A stretch of DNA of 64,000 nt, taken from positions 4,051 to 68,050 of the IMG/VR virus record IMGVR_UViG_3300043438_000246; one strand, 5' to 3'. This DNA is from a virus. The notes under the pieces are model-generated. The model ran no database searches and was not told where the DNA came from. It worked only from the letters and a program-made list of their open reading frames with translations. The translations under genes were made by a program, and so were the position numbers. This document shows positions 15,603 through 25,625 of the stretch, in pieces; positions within the stretch are counted from its first letter, which is position 1; each line of letters starts with the position of its first letter.

Positions 15603-16169
15603 TTAAATCAAATGATTAGGAAATTTCTTTAACCATTTATTCGTGGCACCGTTTTTTATAGATGACCATGAACTCCAGTCCTTACCGCCTTTTGTCATGT
15701 GAAACACGATTTGGGCATTTTTGACTGGGCTAAAGAGTTCAGCATTTAAATCAAGATTGAATTTGTCTTTTCTATCTGGACCTAAATTACCGATCATGTT
15801 GATCTGGAAGATTCCATATGAGGAGTCTCCCGTCTCAGCATTACCATTGAATGCAAATGGGCGACCATTAGATTCTGCCTTGGCAACAGCCCAAGCAGTC
15901 TTAAGACCTACCCCTTTAAACCCAACAGCCTTCAGTAATTCAACCAACTGGATGTCAGTCAAACTTGTAGCATCCGCATACTTTGCAAGTACTACATCAG
16001 TAGTAGGCTTAGAAAGCAAAAAAGCCGCTTTGTCGGCGGCAGGTGCAATCTGAGCGGTATTACTTAGTAAATTGTTCTTGGTAGCATAAGCACCATTCAA
16101 ACCATTATTTAATAATGTAAGAGTGAGCAATGTTACAAGAACCCCCGATAGTATTTTGTTGTCTCTCAA
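15603..16169 (-). CDS. Secreted lysozyme-fold or lytic transglycosylase-like protein
   Basis: Signal peptide ending AYA; AVAKAES (catalytic Glu), SYGIFQINM, W..W motifs; GGAGG SD. Confidence 0.85.
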   Translation of the reverse strand: MRDNKILSGVLVTLLTLTLLNNGLNGAYATKNNLLSNTAQIAPAADKAAFLLSKPTTDVVLAKYADATSLTDIQLVELLKAVGFKGVGLKTAWAVAKAESNGRPFAFNGNAETGDSSYGIFQINMIGNLGPDRKDKFNLDLNAELFSPVKNAQIVFHMTKGGKDWSSWSSIKNGATNKWLKKFPNHLI

Positions 16170-16216
16170 GTTTTTCCTCCTAGACTACAAATGCTACTTT
16201 TCAGTAGCATAAGATA

Positions 16217-16246
16217 ATTATAGCATGATTTAGCCTTTTGAGTCAA
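16217..16246 (-). promoter_or_regulatory. SigA-type promoter TTGACT-18-TATAAT (extended TG) for the lysozyme-like gene
   Basis: Direct read of the minus strand. Confidence 0.8.
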
Positions 16247-16302
16247 ATATCAGCATAAATTCTTAAAATTATTTCTATTGCAAGTGGTATAATAATAAGA
16301 CT

Positions 16303-16836
16303 ATGGCTGAAACTCCTGTCTATGACATTCCGTATCCCACGAACTCTTCTCCAGTAGATGTTGCTGGTGATTTACAGGCTCTTGCTGAGCGTATTGAAGT
16401 AATTCTTCCTACAATTGGATTACCTTATCATACATTAGAAGTTGTAAATAATAGTGGTGTTTCTATTGCTAAGGGTGATCCTGTATACATATCAGGTTTT
16501 GGTACCAGCAAACCAAGAATAACAAAATCACAAGCAAGCACTATTGCAACATTTCCAGTAATTGGATTAGCACAATCTGCAATTGGTAATGGTAGTGATG
16601 GAGTTGTTGTTATATCAGGTGTATTTACTGACATTAATACTTCTTCATATTCTGTAGGAGCAAGACTCTATGTTGGTTCAAGTGGTGGGTTAACAACAAC
16701 TCAGCCAATTACTGCTGAAACAAATTCTGGAGTAGTTGGTATTGTCGCAAAATCAAATAGCACTACTGGCATTATTCTTGTAGGATCTTTTAAAGGCAAC
16801 GGTACGTGGGGATCAATGAAAGCAGGATTAGCATAA
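16303..16836 (+). CDS. Fibre or decoration protein
   Basis: N-terminal IPYP...D..ALA anchor; NNSG..IAKGDPVYISG...IGLA domain. Confidence 0.7.
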   Translation: MAETPVYDIPYPTNSSPVDVAGDLQALAERIEVILPTIGLPYHTLEVVNNSGVSIAKGDPVYISGFGTSKPRITKSQASTIATFPVIGLAQSAIGNGSDGVVVISGVFTDINTSSYSVGARLYVGSSGGLTTTQPITAETNSGVVGIVAKSNSTTGIILVGSFKGNGTWGSMKAGLA

Positions 16837-17216
16837 TGGCACAATATAGAGGTTACGCACAATCTTTTACAGTTGGCTACGAACCACCAACAGTTACTTG
16901 GACAGTCGTTAAAGGCGACACAGCATCCTTTAGAGTATATGTTACAGATAATGACAGAAACCCACTAGATATAGAAAACTGGACAATTGCAATGGATATT
17001 GTTCCACCTAATACAAGCGTTCCAGTTGTAGAGTTGTCTCCTGGACCAACAGAAGATGATGGACCAGGTGAATTTACAGTTTCATTATCAGCACAAGAAT
17101 CTGCAGAACTTTCAACAGGAGATAGATTTGATATTCAAATGTCTACTACTTCTCCAGTATCCGTTTGGACGGTTGCCCAGGGTACTATGGTAATGATTGA
17201 TACCGTTACAGAATAA
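16836..17216 (+). CDS. Virion beta-sandwich adaptor (paralog of 4805)
   Basis: WTVVKGDTASF...FDIQM...VWTV..GT. Confidence 0.7.
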   Translation: MAQYRGYAQSFTVGYEPPTVTWTVVKGDTASFRVYVTDNDRNPLDIENWTIAMDIVPPNTSVPVVELSPGPTEDDGPGEFTVSLSAQESAELSTGDRFDIQMSTTSPVSVWTVAQGTMVMIDTVTE

Positions 17217-17440
17217 TGCCAATAACTCAAGTATCTAATTTAGATACACATCCAACAGAGATAATTAACATAGATTGTAGAACAAGTTTTATAACGACAA
17301 TAGATGCCCTTTGTACTGAGTTTGCTACAGTAATGCCATTTAGAATTAATTTTCAGACTATTGATATTGGTGGGTTTTCCCCGACAAATCCAGCCCCTAT
17401 TGGCATTGCCATCATAGGATTTAATAACTACATTTTATGA
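17216..17440 (+). CDS. Hypothetical small virion protein
   Basis: TAATG coupling; C-terminal PIGIAIIG. Confidence 0.65.
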   Translation: MPITQVSNLDTHPTEIINIDCRTSFITTIDALCTEFATVMPFRINFQTIDIGGFSPTNPAPIGIAIIGFNNYIL

Positions 17441-17454
17441 TATAATCAATTATT

Positions 17455-19005
17455 ATGGCTATTATTAGCATCCCAGATTTAAAAGCAAAGTTTCAAGCGG
17501 GAGATTATCCACGCAGTGCTGATTACACGGATCTAATAGATACCCTTGCAAGCGATGTGCATGTTTCAGAATCACAGCCAAGCAATCCAACACTAAGTCC
17601 ATTATGGTTTAATCCAGTTACATTAAATTTTTATATTTATGATGGAACAGAGTGGGTATCAATTGGTGGAGGAGCATCTGGAGCATCTGCATACGAGATA
17701 GCGGTTCTTAATGGTTATTCTGGTACAGAAACACAGTGGCTTGCTTCTTTAATTGGAGCAACAGGATCTACTGGAGCAACAGGATCTACTGGAGCGACTG
17801 GACCAGCGGGACCACAAGGCCAGACAGGGGCAACAGGTGCAACTGGAGCAGGTGTTGCAATCGGTGGAACAACAGGGCAATATCTTACAAAAATTGACGG
17901 AACAAATTATAATACTCAATGGTCAACATTAGATTTAAGTAATTATCAGCAAAAAGTTTCTGGAGTAAATGATACTGAAATTGGCTACCTAGATGGCGTA
18001 ACATCTGCTATACAAACTCAGTTAAATGCAAAGGCTGCAACAGCAGATATCCCTGAATTAGCACAAGATGCAGTAGGCAACAGCCTTTCAAATTTATTTA
18101 CATATAATGATTCAACAGGCGGAATTAGCATGGATAATGCAAAAGTCTGTGACTTTTTGCTTGATGGTGCAAGTGGTAATTCCTACGGTCTTATTGGAAC
18201 ATCAGCCTATCTAGATATTAAAAACACTAATGGATATAATAAAGAAATTGAATTAGATATAGCAGCAGTTAAGACGCAACTTAATATAGATGGATACTTA
18301 ACTACATCAAGTACAAGCACTTTAACTAATAAAACTTTAACATCCCCGAAAATTAATGAAGACGTAGCAGTTACAGCAACTGCTACAGAATTAAATTATG
18401 TTGATGGAGTTACATCATCAATTCAGACACAGTTAGATAATAAAGTTTCTGCCGTTACACCTTTAACATTAACACAATCGTCAAGCAATGCTAACTACCC
18501 ACTAACAATCTCCTCTGCTAACGAGCAGGGTGGTGGTGCAGGATTCTCTGACATTCTTAAGTTGGTAAACTCAAAATCTGGTGCTACTAATATAAATAAG
18601 CATTTCAGAATGAATTCTTCTGGTACTTTAGAAATAATTAATAGTGCTTATACTGCAAGCATTTTCTCAGTTTCAGATGATGGAACTGTCACATCAACTA
18701 ATCTAGGTGAAACTGGCTGGACAACAGTAGGGTCTTTCTCAAATAACTTCGTGTCTGGTGGAAATGCTCCAGGCTATAGACGACTAAACAACGTTGTCTA
18801 CTTACGAGGAAATGTTAATAATGGAACTGCTGGTCAGACAGCATTTACTTTGCCTTCTGGATATCGCCCAGCAACTGATTTTGTAGTACCTGTGCAGCAG
18901 TTCGGTACAGGAAACATAAGTTATGTAACTGTCTACACTGATGGTCGTGTAGTACCCAACTCAACATCTGGTTGGCTTACTGGCATACAATTCCCTATCG
19001 GATAA
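17455..19005 (+). CDS. Collagen-repeat tail fibre
   Basis: SAYEIAV.NG..GTE.QWLASL, Gly-X-Y run, EIGYLDGVTSAIQTQL repeats, C-terminal YRR...VYLRG...FTLPSGYRP tip. Confidence 0.85.
   Translation: MAIISIPDLKAKFQAGDYPRSADYTDLIDTLASDVHVSESQPSNPTLSPLWFNPVTLNFYIYDGTEWVSIGGGASGASAYEIAVLNGYSGTETQWLASLIGATGSTGATGSTGATGPAGPQGQTGATGATGAGVAIGGTTGQYLTKIDGTNYNTQWSTLDLSNYQQKVSGVNDTEIGYLDGVTSAIQTQLNAKAATADIPELAQDAVGNSLSNLFTYNDSTGGISMDNAKVCDFLLDGASGNSYGLIGTSAYLDIKNTNGYNKEIELDIAAVKTQLNIDGYLTTSSTSTLTNKTLTSPKINEDVAVTATATELNYVDGVTSSIQTQLDNKVSAVTPLTLTQSSSNANYPLTISSANEQGGGAGFSDILKLVNSKSGATNINKHFRMNSSGTLEIINSAYTASIFSVSDDGTVTSTNLGETGWTTVGSFSNNFVSGGNAPGYRRLNNVVYLRGNVNNGTAGQTAFTLPSGYRPATDFVVPVQQFGTGNISYVTVYTDGRVVPNSTSGWLTGIQFPIG
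17755..17795 (+). repeat. 18-bp tandem repeat encoding collagen triplets
   Basis: GGAGCAACAGGATCTACT x2 plus a partial copy. Confidence 0.9.
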
Positions 19006-19056
19006 TCACAGCATCTTTATTGATCAAATTACCATAAATATGATATAATCAATGAT

Positions 19057-19494
19057 ATGGCCGTCCTACCAATAAATCAATTAAAAGCAAAGTTTCAAAC
19101 AGGTGATAGACCTAACGGAGAAGACTTTACTGACCTAATTGATACCACCGCATACAGAGCAGACTCTTTGGGTGGAGATGGAAACAACTCGGTCACAATC
19201 AACGGTATTGAATCAGCAACAGTATTTGACACAATAGATACATCTACCTGGAGAACAATCAAGTACATGGTTCAAATGTCCCATGCTGGATCTTCTTCAT
19301 ATAGAAGCGCAGAAATAAACATAGTTTTTGATGGTACCAATCAAAATATTACAGAGTTTGCCTCTGTTGCTAATACCAATAGCAATGTAGGAAATATCAC
19401 TGCTAATTTAAATTCTGGTACAATTAGCATGACAGTTACACCAGCATTAAGCCCGATGACCATACGGTTCTACCGTACAGGTTTGAAGGCCTGA
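19057..19494 (+). CDS. Fibre adaptor protein
   Basis: N-terminus shared with 17455; C-domain shared with 19511. Confidence 0.75.
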   Translation: MAVLPINQLKAKFQTGDRPNGEDFTDLIDTTAYRADSLGGDGNNSVTINGIESATVFDTIDTSTWRTIKYMVQMSHAGSSSYRSAEINIVFDGTNQNITEFASVANTNSNVGNITANLNSGTISMTVTPALSPMTIRFYRTGLKA

Positions 19495-19510
19495 CCTAAA
19501 GGAGAAGTAA

Positions 19511-21808
19511 ATGGCTACAGTCGACAAAGCCTTTCGCATTAAAAATGGCCTCGTAGTTGAAGGCGCATCGGCTACCGTAAATGGATCAACAGTCCTTACA
19601 GAAGCCTCTACAGAATTTCTACAAGATACCACAGCAGCCATGTTTGATGGCTCTCAGAGCGGTATCTCGTTTTCATATAATGATACATCAGGAAAGATTA
19701 CTGCAACAGTATCTACAACACCAACATTTGCAGATAGAATTACATTTGAAGGCGCAACACCTGATGATTATGAATTAACTCTTCTTGTTACAGAGCCAAC
19801 ACAAGATGTAACAGTAACCCTTCCAAATGCTACAGATACTTTGGTAGGTAAGGCAACAACAGATACTCTTACAAACAAAACTTTAACTTCTCCTAAGATT
19901 AACGAAGATGTAGTGCTTACAGCAACTGCTACTGAACTTAACTATGTAGACGGAGTTACATCAGCAATTCAAACACAGTTAGACGCTAAGTCAACAGCAT
20001 CAAAAACAGAAACACTTACAAACAAGTCTGTTTCTCTTGCTACAAACACACTAACTGGTACACTTGCAGAATTTAATACTGCACTTGCAGATGCTGATTT
20101 TGCAACTATCGCTGGAACAGAGACTCTTACAAATAAAACACTAACAAGCCCAATTGTTTCAGGACTTGCTATTTCAGATTCAAGTATTGTGTTTGAGGGA
20201 TCAAGCGCAGACAACAATGAAACTACACTTACAGTAACAAACCCAACTGCAGATCGTACAATTACTTTCCCAGATGTAACTGGTACAGTTGTAACAACAG
20301 GTGATACTGGTTCTGTTACAAATGCAATGCTTGCAGGATCAATTGCAAATGAAAAACTTACAAACTCTTCTATCACAATTAACGGTACTGCAACAGCACT
20401 TGGTGGATCAATCAATATCACTTCTGGAGTATCAAGCGTTAATGGAACTACCAGTCAAATTGCAGTAAGTGCAACAACTGGAGATGTAACACTATCATTT
20501 CCAAACGCAGTAACATTCCCAGGAACAGTTACTCTTAATGCAGCACCAACAGTAGACCTTGAAGCAGCAACAAAGGGTTACGTAGATTCTGTTGCACAAG
20601 GACTGGATATTAAGGCTTCCGTAAAGGCCGCTACAACCGAAAATGGAACACTTGCTACAGCATTTGATAACGGAAGTGTAATTGATGGTATAACTCTTGC
20701 AACAGGCGATAGAATTCTTATTAAGAATCAAACAGATGCAACAGCAAATGGTATTTACGTAGTTGCAGCATCTGGAGCACCTACTCGTTCAACAGATATG
20801 AATGCACCCGCAGAATTTCCAGGAGCATTTACATTTGTTGAGCAAGGAACTACAAATGCAGATACTGGATACGTATGTACTAACAACTCAGTAGTTGTTG
20901 GAACAACTGAAATTACTTTTGCACAGTTCTCTGGTGCAGGATCATATGTTGCAGGCAACGGTATAACACTAACTGGTAACTCATTTAGTATTAATACAGG
21001 AGTTACTGCAGATCTATCAACAGCACAGACATTTACAAACAAGACATTAACAAGCCCAACAATTACAACACCAGTTGTAACTGGACTTACATTAAATGAC
21101 TCAAGTATTGTTTTTGAGGGATCAAGCGCTGATGATCACGAAACAACTCTTACAGTAACAAATCCAACTGAAGATCGCACACTTACACTTCCAAATGCTA
21201 CAGGAACTATTGCGCTTACATCAGACATCACATCTGCAATTGATACATTTGGTGGTGCTGTAACTGGCGGTACAGGAATTAGCGCATCATATGCATCAAC
21301 ATCAGATATTCTTACAATTACTAACGTAGGCGTAACAAGCCTTGCTGGAACAACAGACCAGATTACAGCATCTGCATCTACTGGATCAGTAACACTGTCT
21401 CTACCACAGAGCATTGCTTCAACATCTAGCCCAACATTTGCATCACTTTCTGTTGGATCTGGATCACTTACAGCAGGCTCAGTAACTTTGACAGATGCAC
21501 TTATTGGAACTGCAACAACTAGCGTAAGCACAACAAGTGCAACAGTAGTTGATACATGGTCAGCAACAACATACAGCACAGCAAAGTATATTGTTCAAAT
21601 GACAAACGGAACTGACATTGAGGTTCTAGAAGTTCTAGTAACAATTGATGGCAACGACAATGTTTACTTAACAGAGTATGCTGATGTAATTAGCAATGCT
21701 CAAATTGGAACAACAGATGCTGACTTCTCAGGTGGTAACGTCCGCTTGTTAGTAACATCTACAAACGGTACTACAGTAAAGGTTCACAAGACGCTTATTG
21801 AAGCGTAA
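19511..21808 (+). CDS. Long fibre protein with TLTNKT and FEG..D..ETTL repeats
   Basis: Repeats plus AATKGYVD...GDRILIKNQT...NGIY domain. Confidence 0.85.
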   Translation: MATVDKAFRIKNGLVVEGASATVNGSTVLTEASTEFLQDTTAAMFDGSQSGISFSYNDTSGKITATVSTTPTFADRITFEGATPDDYELTLLVTEPTQDVTVTLPNATDTLVGKATTDTLTNKTLTSPKINEDVVLTATATELNYVDGVTSAIQTQLDAKSTASKTETLTNKSVSLATNTLTGTLAEFNTALADADFATIAGTETLTNKTLTSPIVSGLAISDSSIVFEGSSADNNETTLTVTNPTADRTITFPDVTGTVVTTGDTGSVTNAMLAGSIANEKLTNSSITINGTATALGGSINITSGVSSVNGTTSQIAVSATTGDVTLSFPNAVTFPGTVTLNAAPTVDLEAATKGYVDSVAQGLDIKASVKAATTENGTLATAFDNGSVIDGITLATGDRILIKNQTDATANGIYVVAASGAPTRSTDMNAPAEFPGAFTFVEQGTTNADTGYVCTNNSVVVGTTEITFAQFSGAGSYVAGNGITLTGNSFSINTGVTADLSTAQTFTNKTLTSPTITTPVVTGLTLNDSSIVFEGSSADDHETTLTVTNPTEDRTLTLPNATGTIALTSDITSAIDTFGGAVTGGTGISASYASTSDILTITNVGVTSLAGTTDQITASASTGSVTLSLPQSIASTSSPTFASLSVGSGSLTAGSVTLTDALIGTATTSVSTTSATVVDTWSATTYSTAKYIVQMTNGTDIEVLEVLVTIDGNDNVYLTEYADVISNAQIGTTDADFSGGNVRLLVTSTNGTTVKVHKTLIEA

Positions 21809-21835
21809 TGTGGACTGAAGGGACAGTGAACTTCA

Positions 21836-22246
21836 GTGACGACTAATAATAAAGACTTTGTTGTAAGACAAGGACTTAAGGTTGCCACTGGAGTTACATT
21901 CCCTGATAACTCTGTACAGACTACAGCGTTTACTGGAAGTGCAATTACCGTTGGTAGTACATTTCCAGTTAGCCCATCAAATGGTGCAATGCATTTAGAT
22001 ACAAATACAAATAGAATTTATTACTATTATTCTAGTACTTGGTATGCAATGGCTAATTATGATGATACCGCTTCAGTTGTAAATCACACACATGAAACTG
22101 GTCTTGACGAGGGCGGATTTGTTAAAGATGTTTACACATATGCGGGAAATGGTACATCTGGACCATGGCTTGGCACCTCTTTAGACGGTGGCTCACCAGC
22201 CACTACATCCTTCACAATGACTATTGATGGAGGGGCAGCAGCATGA
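21836..22246 (+). CDS. Fibre linker protein
   Basis: KDFVVRQGL N-terminus like 19511; C-terminal DGG..DGG peptides. Confidence 0.7.
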   Translation: MTTNNKDFVVRQGLKVATGVTFPDNSVQTTAFTGSAITVGSTFPVSPSNGAMHLDTNTNRIYYYYSSTWYAMANYDDTASVVNHTHETGLDEGGFVKDVYTYAGNGTSGPWLGTSLDGGSPATTSFTMTIDGGAAA

Positions 22247-22285
22247 CAAATTCTGCTATAATTAAACATAATATGGAGGTTTACT

Positions 22286-23416
22286 GTGTCTGTTAGAATT
22301 CAAATGCGTAGAGGTACAACATCTGAATGGAACAGCGCAGATCCAATTCTTAATGAAGGAGAAATTGGGTATAACTCAACACTTACTTCTTTTAAAATTG
22401 GAGATGGCGAATCTCTTTGGTCTGAATTAGACTATTATCAAGCAGCAGCAGATATTACTCCAAATGAAATTGGTGCAATTGCTTCTACAGAAAAGAATGC
22501 AGCAGATGGGGTTGCAGGTCTTGATGGAAGCAAAAATGTTATTACTGCTCTTTCAGTTGTTTTTGAGGGCGCTACTGCAGATGCCCATGAAACATTTCTT
22601 ACTGTAACAGAGCCAGCATCAGACATAACAATAAATCTTCCAAGTACAGCAGACACCCTAGTTGGTCGTGCAACAACAGACACTCTTACAAATAAGTCAA
22701 TATCTGGAGCAACTAACACTCTTTCTAATATTGGTAACGCTTCCTTAACAAACTCTGCTATTACAATAAACGGATCAAGCGTTTCTCTTGGTGGTTCAAT
22801 CAGTATTGGTGATATTACAGGAATAACAACGGCTGCAGGTTCAGGTCTTTCAGGCGGTGGATCAAGTGGAGACATAACCCTTTCTATTGATACAGCAGTT
22901 ACAGCAGATCTTACAACTGCTCAGACATTAACTAACAAGACACTAACAAGTCCATCTGTTGGAACATCTCTTACTACAGCAAGTACATCTTTTAATCTTT
23001 TGAATACAACCGCAACAACAGTTAACTTTGCTGGAGCAGCATCTACTATTTCAATTGGTTCGGTAACAAGCACTACAACAATAAATGACAGCCTTATTGT
23101 TACTGGAAATTTAACCGTAAATGGAACTACTACAACGATTGATACACAAACATTACAGGTAGAAGACAAAAATATTGTTCTTGGATATGGTTCTACATCA
23201 GATGTTGCTGTAGATGGCGGCGGTATAACATTAACTGGTGCAACAAATAAAACATTTAACTGGATAGACGCAACAGATGCTTGGACATCTTCTGAGCATA
23301 TGAACTTAGTTACAGGCAAGTCTTACAAGATTAACAATACAGCAATATCAGCAGCCTTACCAGCCCTTACATGGGGAGAAGTTAAAAATGGTAAGTCTGG
23401 TCTTGTAATTAGTTAA
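22286..23416 (+). CDS. Fibre protein with Mtd-N-like N-terminal domain
   Basis: IQMRRGT..EW...PIL.EGEIG; GNLTVNGTTTT...VEDKNI.LG. Confidence 0.8.
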   Translation: MSVRIQMRRGTTSEWNSADPILNEGEIGYNSTLTSFKIGDGESLWSELDYYQAAADITPNEIGAIASTEKNAADGVAGLDGSKNVITALSVVFEGATADAHETFLTVTEPASDITINLPSTADTLVGRATTDTLTNKSISGATNTLSNIGNASLTNSAITINGSSVSLGGSISIGDITGITTAAGSGLSGGGSSGDITLSIDTAVTADLTTAQTLTNKTLTSPSVGTSLTTASTSFNLLNTTATTVNFAGAASTISIGSVTSTTTINDSLIVTGNLTVNGTTTTIDTQTLQVEDKNIVLGYGSTSDVAVDGGGITLTGATNKTFNWIDATDAWTSSEHMNLVTGKSYKINNTAISAALPALTWGEVKNGKSGLVIS

Positions 23417-23569
23417 ACAACTTTACAAAAACAAAAGTAGTAAACCTTTACTTCATGCTTAATGTTTTAAATTAAGCGTAAAGTCATAAAATAATTATGT
23501 GATATACTTAGAGTACTTTACAAGATGTAAAGTTCTATTATTATTTTTAGTGAGAGGTTTACAAATTCA

Positions 23570-25597
23570 ATGTCAGATATCTTTTCTTTTCGTTTGTTAG
23601 ATGATTTTATTGCAAAATACAAGGAGACTGAGCCTCCGTTTGGCTTTACCGACGCAGGCAATAACTCTTTAGGAGAAATCACTTTCATTCGTACCTATTC
23701 TAGAATCAAGGAAGACGGAACAAAGGAAAGATGGCATGAGGTTTGTAAGCGTGTAATTGAGGGTATGTACTCAGTTCAAAAGAACCATGCTAAGGAAAAC
23801 AGACTTCCCTGGAATGACAACAAGGCTCAGAAGTCTGCACAAGAAGCCTATGAGCGTATGTTCAATCTTAAGTGGACTCCACCAGGTCGTGGTATGTGGA
23901 CGTTTGGTACACACATGACTATGGAAAAGAAGAACTCTGCAGCATTGCAAAATTGTGCAATGGTTTCTACTCGTGATATTGATCGTAATGATCCTGGTGC
24001 ATTATTTGCATGGGTTATGGATGCATTAATGCTGGGTATTGGAGTTGGATTTGATACCGTCGGTGCTGAGAAAGAATATCCAATTTATGCACCAACAGAG
24101 CCAGTATCTACCTATCAAATTCCAGACACTCGTGAAGGATGGGTTGAATCTGTTAGATTCTTGCTTAATTCCTTTCTACGCCCAAATCAGAGTATTCAGG
24201 AGTTTGACTACTCCTTGATCCGTCCTCTAGGTGCCCCTATTAAGGGCTTTGGAGGGGTTGCAAGCGGTCCACAGCCATTGATTGACCTCCATACACGTAT
24301 TCGTAAAGTTATTGGCGGTAGAGCAGGAGAGAAGTTAGATTCTCGTGCAATTACAGACATTGTAAATCTTATTGGTACATGTGTTGTTTCTGGAAATGTA
24401 CGTCGTTCTGCTACCCTTGCTTTGGGTGCACCAGGAGACCAAGATTTTATTAATCTAAAAAACTCAGAGGCATTTCCTGAGCGCAACTCATTTGATCCAG
24501 AAAATCCAGGTTGGGCATGGATGTCTAATAATTCTATTTCTGCAAACGTAGGAATGGATTATGAAAAATATATAGATTTAATTGTTGACAATGGAGAGCC
24601 AGGTTTTATTTGGCTTGATGTTGCCAGGAATTATGGTCGACTAAAAGATCCAGCAGACGGAAAAGACTTCCGTGTAATGGGCTTCAATCCTTGTGCGGAG
24701 CAGCCATTGGAATCATACGAACTTTGTACACTTGTAGAAGTGCACTTGAATCGTCATGAAACTAAGGAAGACTTCCTCAAGACATTGAAGTTTGCATATC
24801 TTTATGGAAAGACTGTTACCCTGCTTCCAACACATTGGCAACAGACAAACGGTATCATGCAACGTAATCGTCGCATTGGAACATCTTTAACAGGAATTGC
24901 ATCTTTTGCAGATGAAAGAGGACTTCCAATAACTCGTGAATGGATGGATGAAGGATATGAAAAGATTCGTCATTATGACCATCAGTATTCAGAGTGGCTA
25001 TGTGTACGTGAATCAATTCGTGTAACAACAGTAAAGCCATCAGGTTCTGTTTCAATTCTTTCTGGCGCAACACCTGGAGTTCACTGGGGACCAGGAGGAG
25101 AATACTTCCTACGTGCTATTCGTTTTGGTGAAACAGATCCCATGCTTCATTTATTTAAAACAGCGGGGTATAAGATTGAAAAAGACCTTGTATCAGCAAA
25201 TACTCAAGTAGTATATTTCCCAGTACATTCAGGACATCCACGTTCTGAGAAAGATGTAACATTATTTGAAAAGATTGCTCTTGCTGCAACTGCTCAAAAG
25301 TATTGGTCAGATAATGGTGTTTCTGTTACCCTTTCATTTGACAAAGAAACAGAGTCAAAGCATGTTGCTCCAGCACTTCATATGTATGAGGGCCAACTCA
25401 AGGCGGTATCATTTTTACCAATGGGAAATCATACCTATCCTCAACAACCATATACTCAAATTACAAGAAAAGAATATGAAGCATATCTTGGTCAAATTAA
25501 GAAGATTAATTGGGATGCAATTTATGATGGAGTTGACAATCTTGAGGCTATGGGCGAGGCCTATTGCACAACAGATGTATGCGAAATAAAACTGTAA
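23570..25597 (+). CDS. nrdJ: Class II (adenosylcobalamin-dependent, monomeric-type) ribonucleotide reductase
   Basis: PPGRG, LQNC, VVSGNVRRSA, FNPCAEQPL, TTVKPSGS, C-terminal CTTDVC. Confidence 0.93.
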   Translation: MSDIFSFRLLDDFIAKYKETEPPFGFTDAGNNSLGEITFIRTYSRIKEDGTKERWHEVCKRVIEGMYSVQKNHAKENRLPWNDNKAQKSAQEAYERMFNLKWTPPGRGMWTFGTHMTMEKKNSAALQNCAMVSTRDIDRNDPGALFAWVMDALMLGIGVGFDTVGAEKEYPIYAPTEPVSTYQIPDTREGWVESVRFLLNSFLRPNQSIQEFDYSLIRPLGAPIKGFGGVASGPQPLIDLHTRIRKVIGGRAGEKLDSRAITDIVNLIGTCVVSGNVRRSATLALGAPGDQDFINLKNSEAFPERNSFDPENPGWAWMSNNSISANVGMDYEKYIDLIVDNGEPGFIWLDVARNYGRLKDPADGKDFRVMGFNPCAEQPLESYELCTLVEVHLNRHETKEDFLKTLKFAYLYGKTVTLLPTHWQQTNGIMQRNRRIGTSLTGIASFADERGLPITREWMDEGYEKIRHYDHQYSEWLCVRESIRVTTVKPSGSVSILSGATPGVHWGPGGEYFLRAIRFGETDPMLHLFKTAGYKIEKDLVSANTQVVYFPVHSGHPRSEKDVTLFEKIALAATAQKYWSDNGVSVTLSFDKETESKHVAPALHMYEGQLKAVSFLPMGNHTYPQQPYTQITRKEYEAYLGQIKKINWDAIYDGVDNLEAMGEAYCTTDVCEIKL

Positions 25598-25625
25598 AAT
25601 GCTATAATAAAGGCTAAGGAGTAAC

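Noticed and set aside
16170-16216. c-di-AMP riboswitch ahead of the muralytic gene
   Set aside because: Leader is only about 40 nt with one hairpin, far too short
6855-23319. Many 60-150 aa antisense or alternate-frame ORFs in the fibre genes, including His/Gln/Pro-rich ones
   Set aside because: Shadows of Thr/Gly-rich repetitive codons (ACN, GGN)
22286-23416. Mtd-N-like domain suggesting a diversity-generating retroelement
   Set aside because: No reverse transcriptase, no adenine-variant TR/VR pair and no C-type-lectin tip seen in the window
23417-23569. Cobalamin riboswitch or NrdR boxes ahead of nrdJ
   Set aside because: No B12-box or NrdR consensus recognised; predicted leader is about 55 nt
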